A stretch of 64,000 nucleotides of DNA from Alphaproteobacteria bacterium (GCA_965228895.1 OZ245842.1:5464409-5528408), one strand, 5' to 3'; shown: positions 20,713 through 29,965, counted from the first letter of the stretch. Notes: generated from the letters alone by a model not told the origin. A program made the numbers and translations.

Positions 20713-21669
20713 CTAGTCCTGCGGCATAGCGGCGAGCACCGCGTCCCAAAGGGTTTCGGCGGCCATCTCGCCGAGTGTGATGGGGCCGAGTCGCGGGTTG
20801 TCGACTTCGCCGGTCGAGACGAGAAACAGGACGTCGCCGTCATAAAGCGTGTGAAAGGGCCGGATCATACGCCCCATGGCACTATGGATCTGGCGGCTCA
20901 TCTGCTGGCGGACATAACTGTCCAGGTTCTGGTTGGTCACGATCACGGTCAGCGTCGTGTTGCCGGGACCGGCGCCGTCGGCCGCCAGATCGTCAGCCAT
21001 GATCTCCGTCATCGGCCGGCGTTCGCCGGTCTCGTGATTGATGAACCCGCGCACCAGCCGGCCGTCGCGGTCGAAGACGCCGCCGACCGCGTTGACGACG
21101 GAGATCGCCAGTATCCGGGTCTCGCCGATCTGCCGGAAGGCTGCACCCTGACCCGATGTCTCCCAGCCGTGGATGGTCAGGGGCGCCGCGTTGCCGACCG
21201 TGGCCGACATGCCGGCGCCGCGTGCGCCCAAGGGAAACCAGCCGGGCTGCGCGGCGGCAAGGGCTGCTTCGCCCAGCGCCTTATCCGGATAGATCGCGTT
21301 TTCGCGGTAGCCGAAGTCATAGATGATGGCGCCGGAGACGAGCGGCAGCGCATCAAAAGCGGTGTCGTGCCCGCGGGCTGCAGAGAGTGAGGCCGCGACG
21401 CCGGCGCTTGCCTCCAGTCCCAGGATCGAACCGCCGGCCAGGCAGATGGCATCGACGGAACCGTAATCGCCCACCATGCCGACGGCGCCGCCGCGCCGGT
21501 CGACATCGAGGTTGGCGGTCTGGGCGAAGCGAATGACTGTGCAACCGGTCGGACCCTCCGCATACTCCGCGACGCCGATCTCGACACCCGGAAAGTCGAA
21601 GGTGAGCCCCGGCCCTTCGGGCGGCGCTTGCGGCACAAGCTCCAGGCTGTCGTTGGAAACGGCACTCAC
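20713..21669 (-). CDS. nylC: P1 (DmpA/NylC) family Ntn hydrolase, NylC-like
   Basis: FDFPGVEIG, EGPTG, RGGAVG, AICLAGG, IYDF, YPDKALG, GQGAAFR, GN/TT autocleavage site, PFHTxxDGD and WDAVL all match NylC blocks as I recall them. Confidence 0.8.
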   Translation of the reverse strand: MSAVSNDSLELVPQAPPEGPGLTFDFPGVEIGVAEYAEGPTGCTVIRFAQTANLDVDRRGGAVGMVGDYGSVDAICLAGGSILGLEASAGVAASLSAARGHDTAFDALPLVSGAIIYDFGYRENAIYPDKALGEAALAAAQPGWFPLGARGAGMSATVGNAAPLTIHGWETSGQGAAFRQIGETRILAISVVNAVGGVFDRDGRLVRGFINHETGERRPMTEIMADDLAADGAGPGNTTLTVIVTNQNLDSYVRQQMSRQIHSAMGRMIRPFHTLYDGDVLFLVSTGEVDNPRLGPITLGEMAAETLWDAVLAAMPQD

Positions 21670-24296
21670 GAAACGCTGTCATCCAGCGACTTGCTGGCCT
21701 TCTCGAAGACATCGCGCGAGAGGTTGGGTGTGCCGAGAATGCGGTCGAGCGCGCTTTTCATCAGTTGCTGGCGCGCGCTGTCGAACCGGCGCCATCGGCC
21801 CAGGGGATCGATCAGACGCGCGGCGAGCTGTGGATTCAAGGCATCGATCTCGATGATGCGGTCGGCGACGAAGCCATAGCCTGCACCGTCGGCGCGGTGG
21901 AAGCTTAAGGGGTTGCCCATGGCAAACGCGCCGACCAGGGCGCGGACCCGGTTGGGATTGCGCAGCGTGAAGTCGTCGCGCGCCATCAACGCCTGCACCT
22001 GATCAAGCGTATCGTCGCGGGTCGAGCGCGCCTGCACCGAATACCATTTGTCGACGACCAGGGCGTCGTCCTTGAAGCGGTCGTAGAAGTCGTCGAGCGC
22101 CGACTGACGCTCCGGTGTCTCCAGATCGCTCAACAGGCTCAAGGCCGCCATCCGGTCGGTCATGTTGTCGCCGTTGCGGTACTGCGTCGCCACCATGTCG
22201 AGATGACCGCCGGCAGCGAGATAACCAAGCGCGGTGTTCTTCAAGGCACGACGTCCGGCTTCCGCGGCGTCCGGGCTATAGGGCTGGTTGCTCAGGCAGG
22301 TTCGATAGGTGTCCTGCAGCGCGCCATCCAGTTCTCCGGCGATCGCCTCGCGCAGGGTCTCGCGCGCGGTGTGGATGGCTTCGACATCGACCACCTCCAT
22401 CTGATCGGCGAGATACCCTTCGCCGGGCAGCAGGATCGCCTGGGCGGCGAAGGCGGGATCCAGTGTTGCGTCGTCGACGATGCTCTTGATAGCACCGATG
22501 AACGTGCCGTCGATCTCCATGTCGCGCCCGTTCTGGATCGAGGCGACGCCGCGCAGCAGAAGCCGCGTGCCGTATTGCTGGCCGGATTCCCAGCGGTTGA
22601 AGGGATCGCTGTCATGGGCCATCAGGAACGCGTCGGCCCCGTTGCCGGCATCGCTCTTGATGCGCACCGGCGCGGAAAACGCGCGGTTCATGGAAGGCAC
22701 CGGACTTTCGGAAACGCCCTCGAACACGAAACTCTGTTCGGCCTCTTGCAGATGCACGACATGGCTTTCGCCCGACACGCCGTCATAGGTCGTCGTCAAC
22801 GGCGCACCGCTGGCTCCAATCAGGGCGATGTCGATCGGCATGTAGAGCGGTTTCTTGTCGGGCTGGCCGGGTGTCGGCGGCGTCACCTGACTTATGGCGA
22901 CCGAATAGCGGTTCGTTGCTTCGTCCCAGTGACCGATGACAGAGAGTTCCGGGGTGCCGGCCTGGGAGTACCAGAGTTTGAAGTGGGTGAAGTCGACATC
23001 GTTGGCGTCCGCCATGGCGGCGACGAAGTCGTCGCAGGTCGCGGCCGCGCCGTCATGGCGCTCGAAATAGAGGTCGAGGCCCCGGCGAAAGCCGTCACGG
23101 CCGACAATGCGTTCGATCATGCGGATGACTTCCGCGCCCTTCTCGTAGACGGTCGGCGTATAGAAGTTGTTGATTTCGATATAGCTCGCTGGGCGCACCG
23201 GGTGGGCCAGCGGGCTGGCGTCTTCGGGGAACTGCGCGGCGCGTAATGCGCGCACGTCTTCGATGCGTTTGACCGGGCGGCTCCGCATGTCCGCGGAAAA
23301 CTCTTGATCGCGGAACACCGTCAGGCCTTCCTTCAAAGACAATTGGAACCAGTCGCGGCAGGTCACGCGGTCGCCGGTCCAGTTGTGAAAATACTCGTGG
23401 GCGATGACGGATTCGATGAAGGCATAGTCGGCATCGGTCGCCGTCTCGGGGCTCGCCAGCACCAGCTTCGAATTGAAGATGTTAAGGCTCTTGTTCTCCA
23501 TCGCCCCCATGTTGAAGTCGCTGACCGCGACGATGTTGAAGATGTCGAGGTCGTACTCCAGGCCGAAACGTTCCTCATCCCAGCGCATGGCGCGTTTCAG
23601 TGAATCCATCGCATAGGTGCAGCGCGGCTCGTTGCCGTGCTCCGACCAGATGCGCAGGGTCACGTCCCGGCCCGACGCCGTGGTGAAACTGTCTTCCAGG
23701 CAACCTAGATCACCGGCAACAAGGGCGAAGAGATAGGACGGTTTGGGGAAGGGGTCGTGCCACACCGCGCGATGCCGCCCGCCGTCAACGTCCTCCGACG
23801 AGTGTGGATTGCCATTCGACAACAGGACGGGGTACTGCGCTTTGTCGGCGGTCATCGTGACGCGGTAGGTCGCGAGCACGTCGGGGCGGTCCTGGAAGAA
23901 CGTGATGCGTCGAAACCCCTCGGCCTCGCACTGGGTGCAGAACATGCCGCTTGAGACATAGAGGCCTTCCAACGTCGTGTTATCCGCCGGCGCGATCTCA
24001 GTCTCGGTGACCAGCGTGAACCGGTCGGGTACCTCGTGCAGGGTCAGACCGTTGTCATCGTGGGCGTAGGCGGACTCGTCGAGCGGTTCGCCATCAAGCG
24101 TCAAGGACAGCAGCGGAAGTTTGTCGCCGTGCAATTCAAATGAACCACCGCCTTGGCCGTTATCGACGACCGACATGGTGGCGCGAACCCGCGTCTTGGC
24201 CGGATCGAGATCGAAATCCAGATCGACCTCCTCGATGCGATAGGCCGGCGGACGGTAATCCTCAAGACGGATCGTGCGCGGCTCTTCGGTTCTCAT
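21666..24296 (-). CDS. pepN: aminopeptidase N (M1)
   Basis: TQCEAEGFRRIT, GAMEN, HEYFH-x18-E, NFYTPTVYEKGAE, NPNRVRAL. Confidence 0.97.
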   Translation of the reverse strand: MRTEEPRTIRLEDYRPPAYRIEEVDLDFDLDPAKTRVRATMSVVDNGQGGGSFELHGDKLPLLSLTLDGEPLDESAYAHDDNGLTLHEVPDRFTLVTETEIAPADNTTLEGLYVSSGMFCTQCEAEGFRRITFFQDRPDVLATYRVTMTADKAQYPVLLSNGNPHSSEDVDGGRHRAVWHDPFPKPSYLFALVAGDLGCLEDSFTTASGRDVTLRIWSEHGNEPRCTYAMDSLKRAMRWDEERFGLEYDLDIFNIVAVSDFNMGAMENKSLNIFNSKLVLASPETATDADYAFIESVIAHEYFHNWTGDRVTCRDWFQLSLKEGLTVFRDQEFSADMRSRPVKRIEDVRALRAAQFPEDASPLAHPVRPASYIEINNFYTPTVYEKGAEVIRMIERIVGRDGFRRGLDLYFERHDGAAATCDDFVAAMADANDVDFTHFKLWYSQAGTPELSVIGHWDEATNRYSVAISQVTPPTPGQPDKKPLYMPIDIALIGASGAPLTTTYDGVSGESHVVHLQEAEQSFVFEGVSESPVPSMNRAFSAPVRIKSDAGNGADAFLMAHDSDPFNRWESGQQYGTRLLLRGVASIQNGRDMEIDGTFIGAIKSIVDDATLDPAFAAQAILLPGEGYLADQMEVVDVEAIHTARETLREAIAGELDGALQDTYRTCLSNQPYSPDAAEAGRRALKNTALGYLAAGGHLDMVATQYRNGDNMTDRMAALSLLSDLETPERQSALDDFYDRFKDDALVVDKWYSVQARSTRDDTLDQVQALMARDDFTLRNPNRVRALVGAFAMGNPLSFHRADGAGYGFVADRIIEIDALNPQLAARLIDPLGRWRRFDSARQQLMKSALDRILGTPNLSRDVFEKASKSLDDSVS

Positions 24297-25606
24297 GCTG
24301 CGGTCTCCCGTTTGCCCTCAGGGCCTATGGTGTTCTCCATGATGCGGCGGACTCGCACCGCCGGATCGTTCTCGTCGATGGCGACGTCGGACCAGCGAAT
24401 CATTTGTCCAGCGGCGATATCGTGCTTCAGCGCGACGTCCTGGGCCAGACCGATTGGAAGAAGACCTTGTTGCACGGATCGGTGCGCGGGCACCAGCTTG
24501 CCCCACACCGTCGCGCCGCCCTCGCCGTCAAGTGTTTCGCCGGTCTTCAGGTCGCGTTTGGCGACGGCGACGGCATCGCCGCGAAACGCCTGGGGCGAAC
24601 CGGTGGACTCGCCGCGTACAGCGATGCTGGCGACGGAGATGCCGAGCTCCAGGCCGATCAGGTGGTAGGGTTTCCACATGGCGGCATAACGGCCGCTGGT
24701 GTCCGTCGCCAGGCCGTACTCCCGGAAACAGCGTGCGGCATAGTCGTCGCCTGCCGCCAGCGTGACATAGACACCCCAGCGCAGGTCGCCGGCGACCGGA
24801 GAACCGTCGCGCGCCAGGCTGCTGACCACCTCGACCATGCCGGATGCCGGCAACAGGCCGCCATCGGCCTGGGGTTTCAGGATCTCTGCGAGCTCGTGGC
24901 TGCCGGCAGGCGGAAAACCCAAACCATCGTCGGGCGGTGCCAGATCGGTTGCGTTGACAACCGCCGCCATCTCGATCGCCGACTTCGTGCCGTCCAGGAA
25001 CGAATTGAACATCTTGGGGTTCATGCCGCCGGCCTGGGCTTCTTCCGGTGTCAGCCCGTAATGCGACCAGACCGTGTCCGGCGTCGACTGGTGATAGGCC
25101 GGCAGATACTTGGTGCCCTTGCCGGCGCAGACGATCTCGAAACCGGCCGTGCGGCCCCAATCGACGAGTTCGGCGATCAACGCCGGCTGGTCGCCATAGG
25201 CAAGCGAATAGACCAGGCCGGCGTTCCGGGCATTGCGGGCCAGCAGGGGCCCCGCCAGCACGTCGGCCTCGACGTTTACCATGATCAGATGACGGCCTTC
25301 GCGGATGGCAATCTCGCCGTGGCGAAGACCGGCGGCCGGGTGGCCGGTTGCTTCGATGACGATCTCGACGCCGTCGCGCGCGATCAGGTCCGCTGCGTCG
25401 TCCGTGAGCGCCGTCTGCGTGGCGTCCCAGCCGGCTTGAGTCATCGTCCGCCGGGCCCGGTCGACGTCCAGATCGGCGATGCCGACCAGCCTCATGCCCG
25501 GCGTGTGGCGGGCGCGGTTGAGGAACATGGCGCCGAATTTGCCGGCGCCGATCAGCGCGACGCCAACCGGGGTTTCGCGTGCCCGCATGCCGGCAAACAG
25601 GTTCAA
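24293..25606 (-). CDS. NAD(P)-dependent oxidoreductase, homoserine-dehydrogenase-like, with C-terminal SAF domain
   Basis: IGAGKFG, NVEAD, GDQP, SFLDGTKSAIEM, PYHLIGLE, AKRDLKTGETLDGEGG. Confidence 0.88.
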   Translation of the reverse strand: MNLFAGMRARETPVGVALIGAGKFGAMFLNRARHTPGMRLVGIADLDVDRARRTMTQAGWDATQTALTDDAADLIARDGVEIVIEATGHPAAGLRHGEIAIREGRHLIMVNVEADVLAGPLLARNARNAGLVYSLAYGDQPALIAELVDWGRTAGFEIVCAGKGTKYLPAYHQSTPDTVWSHYGLTPEEAQAGGMNPKMFNSFLDGTKSAIEMAAVVNATDLAPPDDGLGFPPAGSHELAEILKPQADGGLLPASGMVEVVSSLARDGSPVAGDLRWGVYVTLAAGDDYAARCFREYGLATDTSGRYAAMWKPYHLIGLELGISVASIAVRGESTGSPQAFRGDAVAVAKRDLKTGETLDGEGGATVWGKLVPAHRSVQQGLLPIGLAQDVALKHDIAAGQMIRWSDVAIDENDPAVRVRRIMENTIGPEGKRETAA

Positions 25607-25692
25607 TTCCGACTCCGGAAGACCGAGGGGTGGGCATCCTGCCCGAAATCGGGGGTCGGCGTCACCCGCCCGATGAGATCGCGACGCGTAAA

Positions 25693-26940
25693 CTAGGGGC
25701 TGGATCCGCAGTCGAAGGCGCCGGGCTCGAAAAAGTCCGGCGGGTAATGCGCGGCCGCGGTGACGATGTGGTTCTGGGTCTCGTCAAAAATCATCTCGCG
25801 CCGCCAGACTAGATCGCCGTCCGCATCGGCCAACAGGACCCGGCCCCGTTCTGGTTCGGTCATCAGGATCGCGCCGTTGTCGAGCACCTGATGGGTGCCG
25901 CGCTGCCAGGTATAGAACGAAACATCGCTGTTACCTTCGAAGGTCACTTCCCATTCGTCCGTTGCCGGATTGATGGCGATAATGCGCGACGCGCCCAACC
26001 CCATCTGGTTGTCGAACACGGAAATGCGGCCGTCGGGCAGAAAGTCGGGATCGTGCTGGCGGAACCAGGGTCCGTGCTTCCACCACTTCAGAAGCCGAGT
26101 CTCGGGGTCGATCACCGCGACCAGATTGAGCTCACGCAGGCTGATCAGAAGGTCGCCCGCTTCGAACATGGGAAAGGCGGCAGCAAGGTCTTCGGTCAAC
26201 GGTTCGACGTCGTTCGAATGGAAGGCACTACCGTGATAGACGATCTGATCGGGGTCTTCGTCGGAATGAATCGAGAAGACACCGTACTGATTCTGCGCCG
26301 CGATAATGTCACGCTTGAGGTGAATGCTCTCCAGCACCTCACCGGTGTCGGCGTCCAGTTTGGTCAGGATCTCATTGACCCAGGACCAGATAACACCGTC
26401 ATCGCCGTTCGCGACGACGTGATGGTAGCGACCGGGTGTCACCCAGAGCGGCTGGCCGCAGGCATCGATGCGCGCGATGACGTTGCCGTTGTCGAACGCG
26501 ACAGCAATTGAGCCATCCGAAAAAGCGAGCAGACCGTGCAGCATCACGTTCTCCTGCTTCTCGCCCTCGGGGTCGAGCGCCTCGTAGTCGATCGCCCAGT
26601 GATGCAGTTCATTTCCCTGATCGTCATAGAGCGTCGCGCCTTGAAGCAGCGTGCGGTCGGGCGCAAGGCCGGCGATAAGGACCGGGCCGTCGGGAACGCT
26701 CGCCGGCTGCTCGATGCGGAAGGCAACGCGCATAGGATCGTCAGCCGGGACAAGGTGGCGGGTCGGTTCCAGCGCCAGATCGTTGCGCCAGTGTTCGGCC
26801 AGATCCATCACGGTCGCCCGCGCCTCGATGATTTGTGGTGCCGGGAAGACGCGGTAAATGACGGCAAACACGCCGAACGTGATGCACAGGATGCCGAACG
26901 ACGCAATGAACGCCGATCGCAAGAAACGATCTCCTGTCAT
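25693..26940 (-). CDS. arylsulfotransferase (ASST) family beta-propeller with N-terminal membrane anchor
   Basis: YHH, FHSNDV, LLISLRELN and QHDPDF motifs; hydrophobic N-terminus; TGATG overlap with the upstream gene. Confidence 0.8.
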   Translation of the reverse strand: MTGDRFLRSAFIASFGILCITFGVFAVIYRVFPAPQIIEARATVMDLAEHWRNDLALEPTRHLVPADDPMRVAFRIEQPASVPDGPVLIAGLAPDRTLLQGATLYDDQGNELHHWAIDYEALDPEGEKQENVMLHGLLAFSDGSIAVAFDNGNVIARIDACGQPLWVTPGRYHHVVANGDDGVIWSWVNEILTKLDADTGEVLESIHLKRDIIAAQNQYGVFSIHSDEDPDQIVYHGSAFHSNDVEPLTEDLAAAFPMFEAGDLLISLRELNLVAVIDPETRLLKWWKHGPWFRQHDPDFLPDGRISVFDNQMGLGASRIIAINPATDEWEVTFEGNSDVSFYTWQRGTHQVLDNGAILMTEPERGRVLLADADGDLVWRREMIFDETQNHIVTAAAHYPPDFFEPGAFDCGSSP

Positions 26941-28043
26941 CAGCGGATGCCCGCCGCTGCGATACCCATCGATTGCCCCGGCGTCAGGCAGCGTGCCAGG
27001 AGCGCTTGATGGACATCGCGGCATCGCGCCTTGAGCGACGCCGGAACATCAGGTTCCGGCGCCACGGTTGCGGCGCGGAAGCGATAAGCCTTGGCGATCA
27101 ACGCGGCCGGTTGTTCAACGGCCAGCGCGTCGGCCAGGCTCTCCAGGTATTCCAAGGGCGAAGCGCAAAGGCCGTCATAGTCGATGTGGACCAGGCGTTC
27201 GGGCGACGCCTCCAGCACCGCTTCGTAACACGCGGCCCAACAAGCAAGCCAAAAGGCCGGCTGATCCGGTGTGACGCCACATTCGTGATGCCATGTGTCG
27301 AAGCCTATCTGGCGAAGACCGGCGCCAAACTCGAAATGGCCGAGCCACGTCATGTAGCGCCGGGCAAAGGGATCATCGCTATGGATGCGGCAGAAATGAC
27401 GGTGTTGGCGCAAAAGCGAGGCCGCCTGGGCCCAGGGATGGCGCACCGGAACGACAAACGTGGCGTCGGGGAAAAGCGTAGAGAGAAGGTCGAGCCGCGC
27501 GATGTTGACGTTGTTTTTTGACAGATAACGGTTTGCTGTCAGGCCGCCGGAAGCGACGATCTTTTTCATGTAGTCGCGGAAGAAACGCTCGAACGCCGGG
27601 TACCTGTCCGTGGACGACCAGGGCTGGATCCGGTCGGCTTGATAATGATCGCGCCAGAACGCCTGCCAGACGACCTCTTCGAACGCCTCGGGGCTGTCAA
27701 ATCCGACGTCCATGCCGTCGCCGTGCAGGCGTTCTTTGTTCTCGCTGCGCCGTTGGAACCGCGATGCCAGCATGGGCCATAGAAGCGGGCACAGGGCGAA
27801 CGGCATGTGCCGATAGGTCGCGGCGGCGAACTCCGGCAACATGTTGAGCACATCCAGCAACAATGTGGTGCCGGCGCGCGGCAGCGATGTCACGAAGACC
27901 GGCCGCTCACACTGCGTTTGTGCCAGGCGGTCTCGAAACAGGCGGCATTCGACGCTGTTCAGAGCGATCTGCAGATCGACATTCGCGAAGGCCAGGCGAT
28001 AAAGAGCCCGGTCAAAGCGGCCGTAGGGAACCTCCAGCGTCAT
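26940..28043 (-). CDS. PAPS-dependent sulfotransferase
   Basis: FVTSLPRAGTTLL 5'-phosphosulfate loop, SKNN, VRHPWAQAASL 3'-phosphate motif. Confidence 0.87.
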   Translation of the reverse strand: MTLEVPYGRFDRALYRLAFANVDLQIALNSVECRLFRDRLAQTQCERPVFVTSLPRAGTTLLLDVLNMLPEFAAATYRHMPFALCPLLWPMLASRFQRRSENKERLHGDGMDVGFDSPEAFEEVVWQAFWRDHYQADRIQPWSSTDRYPAFERFFRDYMKKIVASGGLTANRYLSKNNVNIARLDLLSTLFPDATFVVPVRHPWAQAASLLRQHRHFCRIHSDDPFARRYMTWLGHFEFGAGLRQIGFDTWHHECGVTPDQPAFWLACWAACYEAVLEASPERLVHIDYDGLCASPLEYLESLADALAVEQPAALIAKAYRFRAATVAPEPDVPASLKARCRDVHQALLARCLTPGQSMGIAAAGIR

Positions 28044-28045
28044 GG

Positions 28046-28411
28046 TCAGCGGACCACAAAGAGCGCCGTCATGGCGATCCCTGCGACCACGATGACCTCC
28101 CAGCTTTCGGCTGCGGCGATGACGCTAGCGGTGTCATAGAGGTCAAGGGCGCCGCCGGAGACGACAAACAGGATGGTCAGGCCGATCGCACACACCGACC
28201 AGAACAACAGCATGGCGAACGCGCGCAACATGGCGAGCGCGTCGCGCTGAATGCGCGTTTCCTTTTCATCGTCGCTGAGCGTGGTCGATGTCATGACGCC
28301 CGTCGCCTCACGCATGGTCGACACCACCGCAAACGAACGTTCGACAACACGCCCAAGCTTGAGCACCGCGACAAAGAGCGCGAGCGCCAACGCCAGAACC
28401 AAATAGATCAT
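28046..28411 (-). CDS. small membrane protein (3 TM), hypothetical
   Basis: Hydrophobic segments around a charged SDDEKETRIQR linker; 4-nt overlap upstream and 2-nt gap downstream. Confidence 0.75.
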   Translation of the reverse strand: MIYLVLALALALFVAVLKLGRVVERSFAVVSTMREATGVMTSTTLSDDEKETRIQRDALAMLRAFAMLLFWSVCAIGLTILFVVSGGALDLYDTASVIAAAESWEVIVVAGIAMTALFVVR

Positions 28412-28680
28412 CGGGCGTCGCGCGTTTCGTTTTCTCGATTGGTGGGCTGATTGCCATGACGGCGTCGTCGCAAACGACGGATTGGGTACCAGACAAATCC
28501 GACGATCGCCAAAAGCAGCGCGGCGACCAGAGCCAGCACCGTGCCGATCGCGGTGAGACCGGCACCCGGTCCGACATAGGCAAGCGCCGGCGTCACCGGC
28601 ATCAGCGCGAGAAGGGCGACGGCGACCGCGGCTGTCTGTGCAGTCGAACGGCCGAGCGTCTTTCTAGACATTGAGGACAT
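28408..28680 (-). CDS. small signal-peptide + single TM protein (AYxGPGAG motif), hypothetical
   Basis: ALA/YVGPGAG, TM helix, WYP, then Arg-rich tail; overlaps the next gene by 4 nt. Confidence 0.75.
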   Translation of the reverse strand: MSSMSRKTLGRSTAQTAAVAVALLALMPVTPALAYVGPGAGLTAIGTVLALVAALLLAIVGFVWYPIRRLRRRRHGNQPTNRENETRDAR

Positions 28681-28842
28681 GAGCAACCTGTCACCCGACG
28701 GTGCTGCCACGCTGCCGACGGGAACTGTCGCTGGGCACCATCGAGCCTTTTCTACAAAGGCGCGCTCAGGTCAGACAGTGGTCCAACAATTTGGCCCAAT
28801 CATGACGGCATGACGGACGTTCTCGCCGCGGTTTTATTCCCA

Positions 28843-29055
28843 TCAACCGTCGAGAAGTTTTTTGAACGCGCGACCGGCGACGCGTGCCGGGTGGGTGCCG
28901 GGTTCTGCGTCGCGGGCGACCTGGCGCACCTCGGCGATCTTTTCTTCGACCACCGGCTTGGCGTGGGTCTCCGCGAGCTCGCGCGCCTTCGCCTTGACCT
29001 TGGGATCATTGACGACGCGCCGAGCGGCGAGAGCGACTAAGCTTCGTATCAACAT
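28843..29055 (-). CDS. small hypothetical helical protein
   Basis: 70 aa, protein-like composition, GC-rich third positions, fills the gap. Confidence 0.55.
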   Translation of the reverse strand: MLIRSLVALAARRVVNDPKVKAKARELAETHAKPVVEEKIAEVRQVARDAEPGTHPARVAGRAFKKLLDG

Positions 29056-29115
29056 GGCGCTACCATAGCCCATTGCGTACTGAGATGGCACAGGTGCCGG
29101 CCATTGGCTCGTGTC

Positions 29116-29181
29116 CTAGAGCTGATTCACCTGTTTTGATGGAATCGCTTCGCGATGACATCTAACCATTATCCGCTCTAG
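29116..29181. repeat. TAGAGC-ended palindromic element (MITE/REP-like), copy 1
   Basis: CTAGAGC...GCTCTAG termini; core TGTTTTGATGGA(A/T)TCGCTTCGCGATGACAT shared with copy 3. Confidence 0.75.
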
Positions 29182-29825
29182 ATCGGCGGCACGGCGATGG
29201 CATTCGGCGCATCCGGGCCGGGCGCAAAGAACAGAAGCTGGACCAGCCTGCCGTTCTCGATGCTGTCGCCGAAACCGTCACCGCTGGAATGCCAGAACCA
29301 GGGCCGGAACAAGATGCAGCGGTTGAACTTCATCGGCAGCGTGAAATGCAGCTCCCACGCTTCGGGATCGCTCGCGTTCTCAAGGGTCAGAATGTCGGTC
29401 AAGGCATCGCGCGGCGTCGGCTTTCCATAGGTTTCCTGGGCTTCCTGATCGGTCAGCGGTGCGCGGTCGGTGCCGTAGCGGCGATTGATGAAAAAGTCCG
29501 TGCCGCCCGAAGCATGTTCGTCAAGCGTCAGATAGATAATGGCGGCCCAACAGCATCCGGGATCCACGTGGATCCGACCCCGGCGCTTATCCTCGGCCAG
29601 CGTAATGCGGGTCCGGCCATGCGCCTGTGACTTATGCACCACCTGATGGCCCAGGATCTGGCTGAACATCTCCTCATGGCCCGGCCACGCCATCGATTCC
29701 ATGGAGTTGCGCCCGGGGTAATAGACCTCAGGCGGCGGGTCCGGATAGGTCATCGACAGAGCGGTCTCGCGGGCCTTATCGGGGTTGCCGAAGAAGTCGT
29801 CGATGACGAGAAACGATTGCTGCAT
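29178..29825 (-). CDS. DUF6445-like putative Fe(II)/2OG oxygenase
   Basis: VIDDFFGNPD, YPGR, IHVD, IIYLT, GGTDFF, FNRCILF, WHS, RLVQLLF. Confidence 0.75.
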   Translation of the reverse strand: MQQSFLVIDDFFGNPDKARETALSMTYPDPPPEVYYPGRNSMESMAWPGHEEMFSQILGHQVVHKSQAHGRTRITLAEDKRRGRIHVDPGCCWAAIIYLTLDEHASGGTDFFINRRYGTDRAPLTDQEAQETYGKPTPRDALTDILTLENASDPEAWELHFTLPMKFNRCILFRPWFWHSSGDGFGDSIENGRLVQLLFFAPGPDAPNAIAVPPI

Positions 29826-29893
29826 GACTTTCCGTGTTCGTTTCGCAGGTGTTGGGGCCAGCGTGCAACGCCGGCCCCGGCCTGGCAAGAATG

Positions 29894-29957
29894 CTAGAGC
29901 GGATCGTCGTTTGGCGGAACCGGTTGACGGTTCCACCTAACGACGTGAATCCGCTCT
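29894..29957. repeat. TAGAGC-ended palindromic element, copy 2
   Basis: AGAGCGGAT/ATCCGCTCT, CGTCGTT/AACGACG and GGAACCG/CGGTTCC nested stems. Confidence 0.75.
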
Positions 29958-29965
29958 CTATCTGC

